Part shown: positions 22,571 to 34,300 of the stretch, in pieces | Layout: each line of letters begins with the position of its first letter | Numbering within the stretch: the stretch's first letter is position 1 | From: a virus | IMG/VR virus record: IMGVR_UViG_3300033146_001994 | Location: 23,548-87,547 of that record | Strand: one strand, 5' to 3' | DNA: 64,000 bases | The notes under the pieces: generated by a model | What the model was told of the DNA's origin: nothing | The model's database searches: none | The model's input: the letters and a program-made list of their open reading frames with translations, nothing else | Made by a program: the position numbers and the translations under genes

Positions 22571-25500
22571 TGAATGCTAGAGGAACAAAACCACACAAGT
22601 TTAATTTTGAGGGAGGAATGAATAGAGATACTTCTTTTATGAAATATCCTAAAAATTCATACTTTGAGACTGAAAATTTTAAGCTATTTACTAATAAAGA
22701 GGGTTCTTTTTATGACCTTGAAAATGTAGATGGTACTTCAAAAGCATTATCATTTACAAATGTGAAAATATTATATTTAGTAGAAGCAGTGGATTTTTTA
22801 ATCCTGTTTTGTACTATAAAAAATCGACTAGTTATTCTTAGAGTAAATAAGTCTTTTATTTATAAAGGGCTAAAAACTGTTATACCTCCAATAGATGTAG
22901 AAGCTATAAATAAGTATGCTGGGAATACTATTAGTTTAATATATGTTGATACTATGACTGCTGTAAGTAATACTATTTATTTTGCTAAGTATAACTATGA
23001 AAATGAAATTGTACAAAAAATATACTGGAAAGATGATAATGGATTTAGGGCTTTAAATGTTATAGAATCTGAATTTAATCATTTAGCAGGTAAAACATAT
23101 GAAAGCACACTTACCTATACCTCTTTACTAACTACACAGGCTGAATTTACATCTTATACAACAGGCAATTTAAAGTCAGGTGCATATTTTTATACCTATC
23201 AGTTATTTGATGTAAATGGACTAGAATCAGCTTTTGCTCCATTGTCAGATGTTGTATATATTTCAGATAAGTACTCAAGTACGCAGTATAGTAAAATTTC
23301 AGGTGGAAAAGTTGGAGAAAAATCTTCACTGGGTGTTGTAGGGAAAATTTCTAATATAGACACTTCTATATACAATAGAATACGTATTGTATCAGTATTT
23401 TATTCTGAAAAGACTAGTATTCCTATAATAAGTATTATTTCAGAACGTACAATTTCTAGCAATATAACTTTTACAGATGTAGGTAATTCTCTTGGAAATT
23501 TATCATCAGAAGAATTGCTATTTAGAAATATTATATTAAATCCAAATACTATTGAAGATAAAGATGGCTTTCTATTTTTAGGTGCTGTTGATAAAAAGGA
23601 TTATTTTGATGTAGATGACTATGTAAAAGAACACAATATTACAACTGGGGTTGTTACAGATTCAAATGGTAAATCCTTTTGGGAAAGCAGAATGTTTAGT
23701 TTTGGATTTGATGGTACTACTAGTTTTTCACAAACAGTTAAAAACCTAGACAATACAGATTCTACTATAATACATTTCAATAACCTACCAACTCTTCCAA
23801 AAGAACATGATTGTATATATACTGGAATAGAAGATGTCAAAACTACTGAATGCTTTGCCTATAAACATGATGGTACAGGTATGAATCCTGTACTCTACGG
23901 ATTAAATCCAAATGCTATAATAGCGGATGGCAGGGTATCTTATGGAGCATATGGAAAAAACATAGAATGTGAATTTTTAACTAGAACTGTGAATATAAAC
24001 GGTACTATAGATAAAGCAGTATTTGATGATGAAATAGTAAGTCCTACATTCTCAAATGGAATGTTTAATGACTTTTCTAATCCTAATAATTGTAAGTATT
24101 TAGCAATAGATTATGATGAGGTCGATAGATACGGAATACAGTTTTTAGAAAATTCTACAGGGAGGTTAAGTTATGTTAAATGGTGTATAGACTTAAGAAG
24201 TCCTAGTACATACAGTTTTGCAACCAACGGTGCAGAAACAACATCTATAATTCGCACTTGGGATGATAATGCTACTACTGATGCTTTAAAAGCACTTTAT
24301 TTAAAATTCACAGTTAGGAATATACCTACGGGATTATCATGGAGAATAGTTAGAGTACCTAAAGAAGTAGAATCTGATTATAGCAATAAAAGCATTGGGT
24401 TGTTAAGTAATGCTTTAAAGTACTCTAACAATTATTATAATTGGATGTTACCTTACTCATTTGAAAGTGTGCAGCCTACTAATATACTAGATTATCCTTT
24501 AAATGTAGGTATTGTAGATTGGTCTAGGAAAATATTTACATTTATCTCTCCTGATTTCTTATTAAATAAAGATTTACAGGTGCACTTAGATAAGAATACA
24601 AATGCTTTTTTCAGACCTGCTGGATATTTAGACTTTGTGAAAAGAGCAAGATTACAACATGATTCAACATATTCTAATTTTGAATTTAATCTACTTAACT
24701 GGAAAATACAGTCATCGACTAAATTTTTATCTCCTGCAAATGCATGGTCTCCTTATTCTATAGATTTAATTAAACATCCCGAATACTCAGATACCTACAT
24801 GGATGATATATTAGACATACCTACTGTTGAAACTGGGAAGTTTAATAATCTAGTGCTAGGCTCATTTGATGCTGTTGATACCTGTGTTTATGCAGGTGTA
24901 GGGGGTACTAAATTATTACTTCAAGATAATAGTACATATGGACATCAAATAAGCATATCTCCTACAGAAAGTACTACTGTAGGAATACTTAAAGAGGATA
25001 ATTTTAATGTTAGATATGGAGGTGCATCCTATAATGATAGGGCATTTAATATCTATAATCCTGTATCTACGTTTACTACTGCGAGTACTTGTAATGTGTA
25101 TGGAACACACTATTTTGGAGTATTTGAATATTTACAAGGGTCTATACAAAAAAACGACACATTGGGAAATGAGCAGCCTAATGCAGTATGTACAACTGTT
25201 TGGTATCCTACTATAAGTAGAAGAAACCTTGCATATGTAAGTACAGCATTGAACAGAAAAAAAGTAGATAAAACATCAATTGAAGCGATGTTAATTCAAG
25301 AAGCAAAAGGCGTTATTGATAAAGCAGGTACAACTATAACACAAGAGGAAGACTACTATCAATATAATTCCGTATATGAACTTAGTAGAAATATGCTTGA
25401 GATTGCTTTACCTAAACCATTTGATGCTTATGCAGTTAAAAACAACATCAATATTACATATTCTAATTACAAAATACAAGGAGAATATACAGACAGTTGG

Positions 25501-26472
25501 TTAAAATTTAATAATAAGACTATTAGCCTTGATAATAGGGGTAAAGATTTAATCGCTTTAGTAAAATTTAAAGATAGAATTTATTATTTTCAAAAACAAT
25601 CCTTTGGTACTTTATACATACATGAAAGACAAAATGTAACTTCTGCTGATTCTAAAAATATCACTCTAGGCAAAGGGGATGTTTTAGAGGGATATAGTCA
25701 ACTAGGTGATTTAACTGGTATAGTAGATAAAAACCATGTTGTATGTACAAATGATAATATTTATTGGATAGATGCCATTAATAAAGAATTTAGAACATTG
25801 GATAAATCAGGTTCAATTGATTTAGGAAATACTATTGGAATGGGTTCTTATTTTAAGAGTCTGACTTACAACAGTACTGCCCTATTTTTTGACGTGAATA
25901 ATAAGGAAGTGCTTATTAAAATCAACCAAGGGTTTGTCAATTTCTATATAGTATATAGTGAGGTATTTAAGAAAATAACAGGATTTATTAATACAGGAAA
26001 TATACAATTTGTAAATTTAGATTCAAGGCTTTTTTCAATGGACTTGCATACTCAAACACCTGTATTATATGAGCATAATGTAGGAGAAAAATGTAATCTG
26101 TGTGGAATTGACTATAAACCATCCATTACTTTAATATCTAATCCTGGAGGTTCAATTATTACCTATTTAGAAGTAATTGAATTACTTATGGATACAAGTT
26201 ATGATAGTGACCATGTAATAAATCCTGAAAGTTCAGAAATAATCGATTCTATCAGATTAACTAATTCTTATCAAGATGTTACATTAACACCGCAACAATT
26301 AGAGACTGCTATAAAAACTTTTAGAAAGCATAGAATAAACGAGCTTACTGAAAATGGAGATAAATTATTAGACTATTATACTAAAATTAAAATAACTTTT
26401 AAGAATGATAGCAATTGGAGAATAATTTTACGTGACATTACAGTATATTTTAAGTTAGCACAACTAATATAA
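22570..26472 (+). CDS. Tail stabilization/muzzle protein
   Basis: 1300 aa starting FEGGMNRD. GNLKSGAYFYTYQL, DEVDRYGIQF and DSWLKF..IYWID motifs are typical of crAss-like muzzle proteins. Confidence 0.75.
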   Translation: MNARGTKPHKFNFEGGMNRDTSFMKYPKNSYFETENFKLFTNKEGSFYDLENVDGTSKALSFTNVKILYLVEAVDFLILFCTIKNRLVILRVNKSFIYKGLKTVIPPIDVEAINKYAGNTISLIYVDTMTAVSNTIYFAKYNYENEIVQKIYWKDDNGFRALNVIESEFNHLAGKTYESTLTYTSLLTTQAEFTSYTTGNLKSGAYFYTYQLFDVNGLESAFAPLSDVVYISDKYSSTQYSKISGGKVGEKSSLGVVGKISNIDTSIYNRIRIVSVFYSEKTSIPIISIISERTISSNITFTDVGNSLGNLSSEELLFRNIILNPNTIEDKDGFLFLGAVDKKDYFDVDDYVKEHNITTGVVTDSNGKSFWESRMFSFGFDGTTSFSQTVKNLDNTDSTIIHFNNLPTLPKEHDCIYTGIEDVKTTECFAYKHDGTGMNPVLYGLNPNAIIADGRVSYGAYGKNIECEFLTRTVNINGTIDKAVFDDEIVSPTFSNGMFNDFSNPNNCKYLAIDYDEVDRYGIQFLENSTGRLSYVKWCIDLRSPSTYSFATNGAETTSIIRTWDDNATTDALKALYLKFTVRNIPTGLSWRIVRVPKEVESDYSNKSIGLLSNALKYSNNYYNWMLPYSFESVQPTNILDYPLNVGIVDWSRKIFTFISPDFLLNKDLQVHLDKNTNAFFRPAGYLDFVKRARLQHDSTYSNFEFNLLNWKIQSSTKFLSPANAWSPYSIDLIKHPEYSDTYMDDILDIPTVETGKFNNLVLGSFDAVDTCVYAGVGGTKLLLQDNSTYGHQISISPTESTTVGILKEDNFNVRYGGASYNDRAFNIYNPVSTFTTASTCNVYGTHYFGVFEYLQGSIQKNDTLGNEQPNAVCTTVWYPTISRRNLAYVSTALNRKKVDKTSIEAMLIQEAKGVIDKAGTTITQEEDYYQYNSVYELSRNMLEIALPKPFDAYAVKNNINITYSNYKIQGEYTDSWLKFNNKTISLDNRGKDLIALVKFKDRIYYFQKQSFGTLYIHERQNVTSADSKNITLGKGDVLEGYSQLGDLTGIVDKNHVVCTNDNIYWIDAINKEFRTLDKSGSIDLGNTIGMGSYFKSLTYNSTALFFDVNNKEVLIKINQGFVNFYIVYSEVFKKITGFINTGNIQFVNLDSRLFSMDLHTQTPVLYEHNVGEKCNLCGIDYKPSITLISNPGGSIITYLEVIELLMDTSYDSDHVINPESSEIIDSIRLTNSYQDVTLTPQQLETAIKTFRKHRINELTENGDKLLDYYTKIKITFKNDSNWRIILRDITVYFKLAQLI

Positions 26473-26528
26473 AATATTATTCTTTACCGTTAATATTATT
26501 TTATTATAAATAAACTAGGATTTTTATA

Positions 26529-26536
26529 TAAATTTG
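26529..26536 (+). promoter_or_regulatory. Possible Bacteroidota -7 promoter element
   Basis: TAAATTTG in the intergenic gap before the cargo genes. It is very close to the annotated ATG, so uncertain. Confidence 0.25.
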
Positions 26537-26541
26537 TTTCT

Positions 26542-29175
26542 ATGAAAAATAAAAACAATCTTACTAGAGATGATGTTTTAATTAATGAGAGATTAAAAGC
26601 ATATCAAAAAGATTTAATACCTCTGTACCTGAACAAGTTAACAGGCGAGGATAAGGATAAATTATCTAAAATATATTCAAATAAAACATTTAATAAAAAA
26701 GATAAACAGTTTATAGCATCAATTAAAAAATCAATTGCATTAACCCCTGATGATATAAATAATTACTTTAAAACTAAAAATATTACAGATAAATCTTTTG
26801 ATGATTTAAGCTCTACAGTAAAACGCCATAAAAATTATAATACTAAAAATAAAAACTTGAATGTAAACTTAGATTTTATTCAAGACAATTTGACAAAAAC
26901 AACTGATATAGAACAGTATGGATTTGGTGGGTGGCTAAAAGAACATGCAGGGGGAGTTGTAGGAGGACTTACTGCCATAGGAGGAGCTGCCTTAACAATA
27001 GGGTCAATGGGTGCATTGGCTCCTGTAGGAGTTGGTCTTATGGCTAGTGGTGCAAGTGCAATTGCTTCTGATATAAATAAAAGTGAAGCTGCAAATACAG
27101 CAATAGATAACGCAGAAGCACAAAAAACTCAATTTGAAAATACTCAAAAAGCCAATTTTATCCAACAAAAAAATGCTGAATTACTAAGCGAGACTAATAC
27201 TCCTCAATATGCAATGGGTGGAGGTATAGAATCTTCACAAATACCACAAGGAACTTCACAACAAGGTCTTATTCCAAACAATAACTATACAGGACAAACA
27301 CATGAGGGAGCTGATGGAGGTATTCCAATAGATGCTAATGGTAATCCTGTGGCAAAAACTAATAATCCTGTGCAAGGATTAGCAGAGGATGGAGAAGTAA
27401 GCTATGGAAAATTTATCTTTTCAGACAGACTAAACATTGGTAAATCGAATGTTTCTTTTGCAGACAAGGCTAAGAAAATTATGTCTAAATATAAAAGTAG
27501 ATTAGGAAAAGATTTAGAAAAGTACGATAAGCCTGCTGTAGAATCTTTAGATAGAGAATTACAAGTGCTAAGTGATGAACAAGAAGCACTGAAACAAGCA
27601 TTAAAAGGAGATGATGCACAACAAGGAATGTCTGGTGAAGAGCAAATCCAACAACCTGAACAACAATTAGATGCTGATGGGCAACCTATACAAACACAGA
27701 TAGAACAATCTCAACAAGAATTAACTCCTGAGCAGTTAAGTCAGTTACAGGCTATTCAAGCACAAAGAACACCTCAACAAGAACAGTTACCTCAGGAAGT
27801 ACCTGCGATGGCATTGGGTGGGGATATACCTCCTGAGAATGTTGTTACTGATGATTCTGGTATAACTACTAATACAAATACAAATACTATAGGTACTAAC
27901 CTTATTAACAATATTGTAAATAACAATGACCCTGCAAAAAGAAAACCTATTGAGGGATTAAACGCCCTAAATCCTGCTGATATTGTAGAAAATAAAGATG
28001 TACAAGATTATCTAAATAAAAATAAATCAGTACAGATACAATATGGCGGTAGTAATGACCCTAATGTTACAAACTATAGAGTAAAACCTTTAGGTGCAAG
28101 AGTTTCTAAAAATTCGATAGGATTTGGTAATGATAGAAGATATGTTTATAATATATGGGATAAAGACAACAATGCAATAGAGACATTAACACCTGCAGAA
28201 TATCAAAACAGACTAAAGTCACAAGAGTATTTAAAAACTCTAAGTAAATATAGTGTGAATAGAACTCCTGCGGAATCATCTGTATATCCAAATACAATAC
28301 CAATTCAACAGCGTGTACAAAAGTTAAGTAATGAAGAGTATTTAGCGGCAAAGTCAAAAGCAATGCCTAGGTATTGGGGTGGTACAAATGACTTATATCA
28401 GGTAGATGGAATCAATGATGACCCTCCAAAAGGTTCCTTAGAATGGTCAAATAATAATTCCTATTCTAATATTGATGACAGTGAATACTATAATACTGTG
28501 AATAATACTCAACATGGAATTGAATCAGATATAAAAACACCTGAATCTTTAAATACTTTTAATGGAGGTTCAGTAACTCCTGCTTATATTGGAGCTGGTG
28601 CAGCAGTTTTAGGTAATGCAGCTGAAATGATTTCTGCTGATGCTTATGCTGATAAATTAAAGGATTCATATACTCCTGCTAAAGCTTATACCTATACACC
28701 AAAAGAGATTAGTTTAGGTAAAACTAGAGAAAATGATATAGCTAGAAGTTTACAAGCTAGAAGAGAAGCTCTTAGAACCGCAAGAAATTCAGGATTAAAA
28801 AATTATACTGATATAGCAATTAATGCTATTTTAGGAGGAAATAATGCATTATCTGATAGACTTATAAAAAGTGAAGAAGCAGAAGATAATGCCAATGTAA
28901 CTAACGCCAATAAAGCAAATGCAGTCAATGTTGCATCTAATAATAGAGTTGGAATGTTTAATACTAATTTATTGCAGACTTTACAAAATGCAGGTAATAG
29001 TACTAAGCATAATGCCACTAACAATTTTATTAATAGTATATCAACTGGTGCACAGCATGTAGCAGGTGCTTATCAAGATAGAGAAAGGTTTGCAAATACG
29101 ACACAGATTATGTCAGAACACTTTATTCCAATGATGGATGAGAATGGTAAACTTGTATATATACCAAAAAAGTAA
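26542..29175 (+). CDS. Virion cargo/ejection protein
   Basis: Repeated (Y/A)xxGG motifs, GQTHEGADGGIP..AEDGEV..FIFSDRL, a Gly/Ala hydrophobic segment and a Gln-rich linker. Confidence 0.65.
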   Translation: MKNKNNLTRDDVLINERLKAYQKDLIPLYLNKLTGEDKDKLSKIYSNKTFNKKDKQFIASIKKSIALTPDDINNYFKTKNITDKSFDDLSSTVKRHKNYNTKNKNLNVNLDFIQDNLTKTTDIEQYGFGGWLKEHAGGVVGGLTAIGGAALTIGSMGALAPVGVGLMASGASAIASDINKSEAANTAIDNAEAQKTQFENTQKANFIQQKNAELLSETNTPQYAMGGGIESSQIPQGTSQQGLIPNNNYTGQTHEGADGGIPIDANGNPVAKTNNPVQGLAEDGEVSYGKFIFSDRLNIGKSNVSFADKAKKIMSKYKSRLGKDLEKYDKPAVESLDRELQVLSDEQEALKQALKGDDAQQGMSGEEQIQQPEQQLDADGQPIQTQIEQSQQELTPEQLSQLQAIQAQRTPQQEQLPQEVPAMALGGDIPPENVVTDDSGITTNTNTNTIGTNLINNIVNNNDPAKRKPIEGLNALNPADIVENKDVQDYLNKNKSVQIQYGGSNDPNVTNYRVKPLGARVSKNSIGFGNDRRYVYNIWDKDNNAIETLTPAEYQNRLKSQEYLKTLSKYSVNRTPAESSVYPNTIPIQQRVQKLSNEEYLAAKSKAMPRYWGGTNDLYQVDGINDDPPKGSLEWSNNNSYSNIDDSEYYNTVNNTQHGIESDIKTPESLNTFNGGSVTPAYIGAGAAVLGNAAEMISADAYADKLKDSYTPAKAYTYTPKEISLGKTRENDIARSLQARREALRTARNSGLKNYTDIAINAILGGNNALSDRLIKSEEAEDNANVTNANKANAVNVASNNRVGMFNTNLLQTLQNAGNSTKHNATNNFINSISTGAQHVAGAYQDRERFANTTQIMSEHFIPMMDENGKLVYIPKK

Positions 29176-29191
29176 TATTAAATTTTAAACC

Positions 29192-31291
29192 ATGCCTTAT
29201 AATAATAGATATAATAATTCGTATTCACAACAACCCTTACCTATACAGCAATCTGCTGATAAAGGTGTGCCTATTATATTGGGGTACAAGCCATCAATTG
29301 ACCCTAAAGTACTACAAAGCAGTCTTGCAAGAGCAGATGCTAAATGGAATAGCGCTAAAAATTTACCTGCTACACTAATTACAGAATTGAACAAACATAA
29401 AATGTATGCTGCTGATAGAGAGCGTGTGGCTGAAAGTATAAACAAAGGTACAGACGATATTGTAGAATTAGTTAAAAATGAATATAATGGTGATTGGAGT
29501 AAAGCTTATGATGATATTAAAAACAAAGTGAATACTTTACAGTCAGGAATCACATTAGGTTCTAATAATTATGCAGAGTATAAACCTTATGAAATGATGT
29601 TGGCTAAAGAAAGAGCACAGGGTAATAAAATTTATGATGCTAGCGGTATAGGAGATATCAGAACTAAAGGAACCTTGAGTTTTGATAATAATAGATTAAA
29701 TACTAGAAAAGATATAGGAACAGAATTTTCAATTTACAATGATTCTAAAATTTTAGATAATATACATAGAAACATATCAACACCTCTTTCTAATACAGTT
29801 TCTTCAATATTATTAAAAAAGTACAACAAAAACGATATTTTAGGAATGTTACAAAGCGGTACTATTAAAGGTAAAAGTGCCGATGAAGTACGTAGTTATT
29901 ACAAAAGACTTGCAAATTCTAATCCACAAGTAATTATAGACCAAATGATGTCCACAGATGGTTGGAATGCTAAGATGAATAATGAATTGGGAGCTGGTTG
30001 GGAAACTGATGCCACTAGAATTGCAAGAGCACAAGACCTATTTGTAAACAATATTGCATCACAGGTAACAAAACAAGTACAGCTTAATTATAGTAGAGAC
30101 CCTAGTTTTACAAAAACTGTACCGCCATCTTCATCACAGCATGGATTATATGGAGATTCTACAACTGTAATAGCTAATACAGATGTAGCCCATTTTACTC
30201 CTGATGCTAAAAAAGATATAGATATATCTAAAGTTAGTAGTAAAACAGCAACAAGTCCAAGTGCAACGCCCTTACAAAAATATGCATTTCAACATAAGAA
30301 ATTTGTTTATAGTGCTGCTAGAAAGAAAAGACAGGATGTAATAGATAAATTAGGTATTAAAGATGAAATAAAAGCACAACTTAACACATACTTAAAATTA
30401 GCGGATAAAGGCATACTGCACTCCACTGCAAATATTTCAAATTTTAGTACTGCTTCCACTCCTGACCCAATATCTAATAATAATATAGATGGTAAATTAA
30501 GTGAAGCAGATATACAAATGCTCAAGAATGTAGGAATTAAAACTGTAGGGGATTTTGACAACTTGTATAATCTACATAAGAAAGTAGGAACTGCATTAGG
30601 ATACCGTATGATACCTCCAACCATCAATGATTTAGCCAATGATGAATTTCAAAACATGGATTTGCCTGTATCACATATCTCAATAACAAATATAAGTGGC
30701 AATGATGCAAAGACAAATATGTTTAGGTATTTACCTACTCTAAGTGAAATTATTAATAAAGAACGACCAGTTAATATGGCAAATGCTACTGAAACTACTG
30801 CATGGGGGGATGATGGAGCTATAATTACTCTTAACGCTCACAAGGATGCTAATTCATTTAAAGATTATATAATACCTATTAGAAGCTTGACAGAGGATGC
30901 TGCTAAAACACTATCTGCAAAATCAAAAAACCCTATGTATTGGATAGATAATAAGTATGGAGCAAAATTAACAAAAATAAAAACTACTTCTACAGGCAAT
31001 ACCCCTGATGAATTATATAATAATGCAATGCCCGCAGAAGAATTATTAGGGTTTAGCAATGTTAAAGGTAAAGTAATATATGATGCTAGTAGAAAGGAAT
31101 ATGCAATACTTATAAAAGATGCTGAAAATAAAATTAGTAAGATTCCTTCATTATCAAGGTTACAAGTTATAGATACTTTATTAAGTCTAAACAAAGTTGA
31201 TAATGCTAGTGCAAAAATAAACCTAAATATAATTAAAGAATTTCAATCTAACTCTTCTGAAATAAAAGAGCGTAAAAAAGATGTATACTAA
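29192..31291 (+). CDS. Putative virion cargo protein
   Basis: 699 aa between the cargo gene and the RNAP gene. Confidence 0.5.
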   Translation: MPYNNRYNNSYSQQPLPIQQSADKGVPIILGYKPSIDPKVLQSSLARADAKWNSAKNLPATLITELNKHKMYAADRERVAESINKGTDDIVELVKNEYNGDWSKAYDDIKNKVNTLQSGITLGSNNYAEYKPYEMMLAKERAQGNKIYDASGIGDIRTKGTLSFDNNRLNTRKDIGTEFSIYNDSKILDNIHRNISTPLSNTVSSILLKKYNKNDILGMLQSGTIKGKSADEVRSYYKRLANSNPQVIIDQMMSTDGWNAKMNNELGAGWETDATRIARAQDLFVNNIASQVTKQVQLNYSRDPSFTKTVPPSSSQHGLYGDSTTVIANTDVAHFTPDAKKDIDISKVSSKTATSPSATPLQKYAFQHKKFVYSAARKKRQDVIDKLGIKDEIKAQLNTYLKLADKGILHSTANISNFSTASTPDPISNNNIDGKLSEADIQMLKNVGIKTVGDFDNLYNLHKKVGTALGYRMIPPTINDLANDEFQNMDLPVSHISITNISGNDAKTNMFRYLPTLSEIINKERPVNMANATETTAWGDDGAIITLNAHKDANSFKDYIIPIRSLTEDAAKTLSAKSKNPMYWIDNKYGAKLTKIKTTSTGNTPDELYNNAMPAEELLGFSNVKGKVIYDASRKEYAILIKDAENKISKIPSLSRLQVIDTLLSLNKVDNASAKINLNIIKEFQSNSSEIKERKKDVY

Positions 31292-31306
31292 TAAAACACA
31301 AAAAAG

Positions 31307-34300
31307 ATGCTAAATCCTGAAATAAATAAAACAAATATTGAAAGTACTGAAATTGATGGTAATAAAGTGACACCTATTATAAATAAAAATATAAAAGGTA
31401 CATCTACATCTACAAGAATTAATACTGCTTTAGATGATATTCCAGTAGTTGATATGGAAACAATTAGTTCTAATTTGAAAAAAGCAGAGCTTACAAAAAA
31501 TAAAGAGGATGAAATACCTCCTGAACAACAGGTTACTAATGCTCTAAGTGAGATGGAGGAAATAGATATAAACAGTATACCTAAGTATAAAACTAATATA
31601 GACAGTAGATTTAAAGATACATTTGATACTAAAGAATTTAAAATAGGTTCAGATGTATATGAGCTAATAGATGACTATGCTGACTATACTGACCAAGAAA
31701 ATGGAGATTTTAGTTATTCTCAAATATTGAATAAGTATGGTAGTTTCTACGAAGCTGATGCACAAACACAGGGAGGATTTACTAAAGTAATGAAAGGTAT
31801 TCCTAGAATTTTAACACGTGCTACACATGATGTTGTTGATATGGGATTACACACAGCAGGATTTGCTAGATGGATATTTAAAGATGGATTAGATAAAAAT
31901 AAATTTGTAGATGTAGTAGATAACTCATATACAAGAGCAGCAGATAATTTCTTTAAAGAATTAGATAATGCTGCATTAACTAAAATTTATAATAGGGCTG
32001 AATATAATACAGCTAATTTTGGAAGTTCTTTAATGTCAGCAGAATTTTGGGGTGAAGATGCTGCATCAGGAATAGGTTCATTCTTATCTTTCCTAGTTCC
32101 TGGAGCTGCTTTAAAAGTACTTAACATATCAAAAGGATTAGAACTATTAGGTATGGGAGCTAAACTTGCAGGTAAAATGGAAGTTGGTATAGGTGCAGGT
32201 ATTAATACTGTAATGGAATCTAGTGCAGAAGCAGCAGGGGTAGTTAATGATTTGAAAGCACAAGGTATTACAGATAGAAATGTTTTAAGTGTACAAGGAT
32301 TAAAGTCATTTGCAGATAACGTACTTATCACAGCTGCTCCAAATATGATAATGCAAGGATTAATGTTTGGTAAAAGTTCGCCTAATAAATTTAAAACTGC
32401 AAACGGGTTATGGAAAAATCCTAAACAGATTATATCTGAAATGTCTGTAGGAAATACTTTAAAAACAATTGGAGAACCTTTAATTTCAGAGGGTGCAGAA
32501 GAAATATTTCAATATGGCTCAGAACAAAATCGTTCAAATAAAGAAGATTTTGAAGAAAACTATTTTACTGGGATGTTAAATAGTATAAAGCGTACAGCAG
32601 TTGGACTAGGTGAAACTGAAGGACAAAAATCCCTATTTTTAGGTTCTTTACTAGGTGCTCTTGGAGGAGTACGTGGAGCTGTTAGAGATAAAAAAGCACG
32701 ACTTAGTACTGCTGAGGGTTTAAGAAAGTCACTTACAGAAATTAATAATTCTTTTATTGGATTAGAAAATCTTTATAAAACTAAAGTAGAGTATGATGAT
32801 GCTGGTAATCCTACAATAAAACTAGACTTAAAAGATGGATTGATTGTAGAGAAAGACCCTGAGAAAATATATAAAGAGTTACAACGTATTGGAGGATTAT
32901 ATGCAAGGTCTGTTGTAATAGAGGCATTACACATTAAAAATGCAGGTGAAGTAGATGCATCTGCCAAAATAGAGGAATTGCCTTTATCAATAGAACAAAA
33001 AGATTATATTAATTCTCTTTCTGAAAAAGCTGCAAAAGAAGCATATAGTGATGAAATGAATAATTCTATTTTAGAATGGATTATTCCACATTTAGCAGTT
33101 GAGGGAGGAGCAGAAGTAGCTAATAATAAATTAGATGAAGTTTTAAACAGTAGTAGTATTGTAGGAAAATATCTAAAAGAATCTAAATTAACAGACTTTT
33201 TTAAAGAGCAGATAAACTCACTGCAAGAAGAATATATAGATTTAGAAACACATCCTGAGAAATTAAAAGTAACTGCTAAAACAGACAAGCATATAAAATA
33301 TAAAAATGCTTTTATAGAGAGATTGAAGATAATGAAATTATCTGCACTTTTTAATACTAATTTACTTGATGCTAAAATTAAAGATAAAGAAGCTGAAATT
33401 GAAAAGCTATTAAAAGCTTCTGAAGATTTAAGCAAATCTGCTGAATTTGCATATGCTAAAAAGAGAGGCACTAGACGTAAAAAGTCAAATAATACGGCAA
33501 GAAATAGAGAATTAAAAGCTCAAATACAGCAAAAAAAAGAAGAGTTTAAAAATCTAACAGATAATAATTTACAGGATAATAAAGACATACAGAAAGAAAT
33601 TCAAGAACTAGAAAAAGAACAAAAGAAAGTTCAAGAACAAGAAACTCAAGAACAGTTAGAGCAAGAAAAAACACAGAGTAAGGTACATCCTGAATATGCA
33701 CTTGAGCATAAACGTCTTGCAAGTGAATTAAAAGCTCTATATGAAGAAAAAGAATATTTTCAAAAACAATCAGCAGGATTAACAAATAAAAATTCTAGAC
33801 AAGACTTGTTTGATAACTTTGTAGGAATTAAATATAAAAATAAATATAAACAGGCTAAGTATGAAGCTGAACAGAATTTAAAAAAAGAAAAACAGACTGC
33901 TGAAAGATATTCCATAATCACAGCAAATCAATATAATTCTAAACTAAGAAAATTACAATTAGACCTTAATTCTGTCAATGTAAATAAGATAAGTGAGACA
34001 TTAGATAAATATACTAAGGATATAAATGAAGATACTAAATTATCAGATGAGCATAAAAAGACTTTATTAGACACAATCTCAAAATTTAAGAGTGTTTTGG
34101 ATGAAGTCAATTCTACTAGAAATGTACAGGTAGAAGCTTTAAATATGATGTTAAATAACAACGTAGAGGGCTTACAACAATTATTAACAGATATATCAAA
34201 CGATAAAAATTTATCTACAAAAGAATACACAATACTGAATATTTATGTAAATAAATTATTAGATGATTTAATGATATATGGTGCTGTAAGAGTTGCAGCT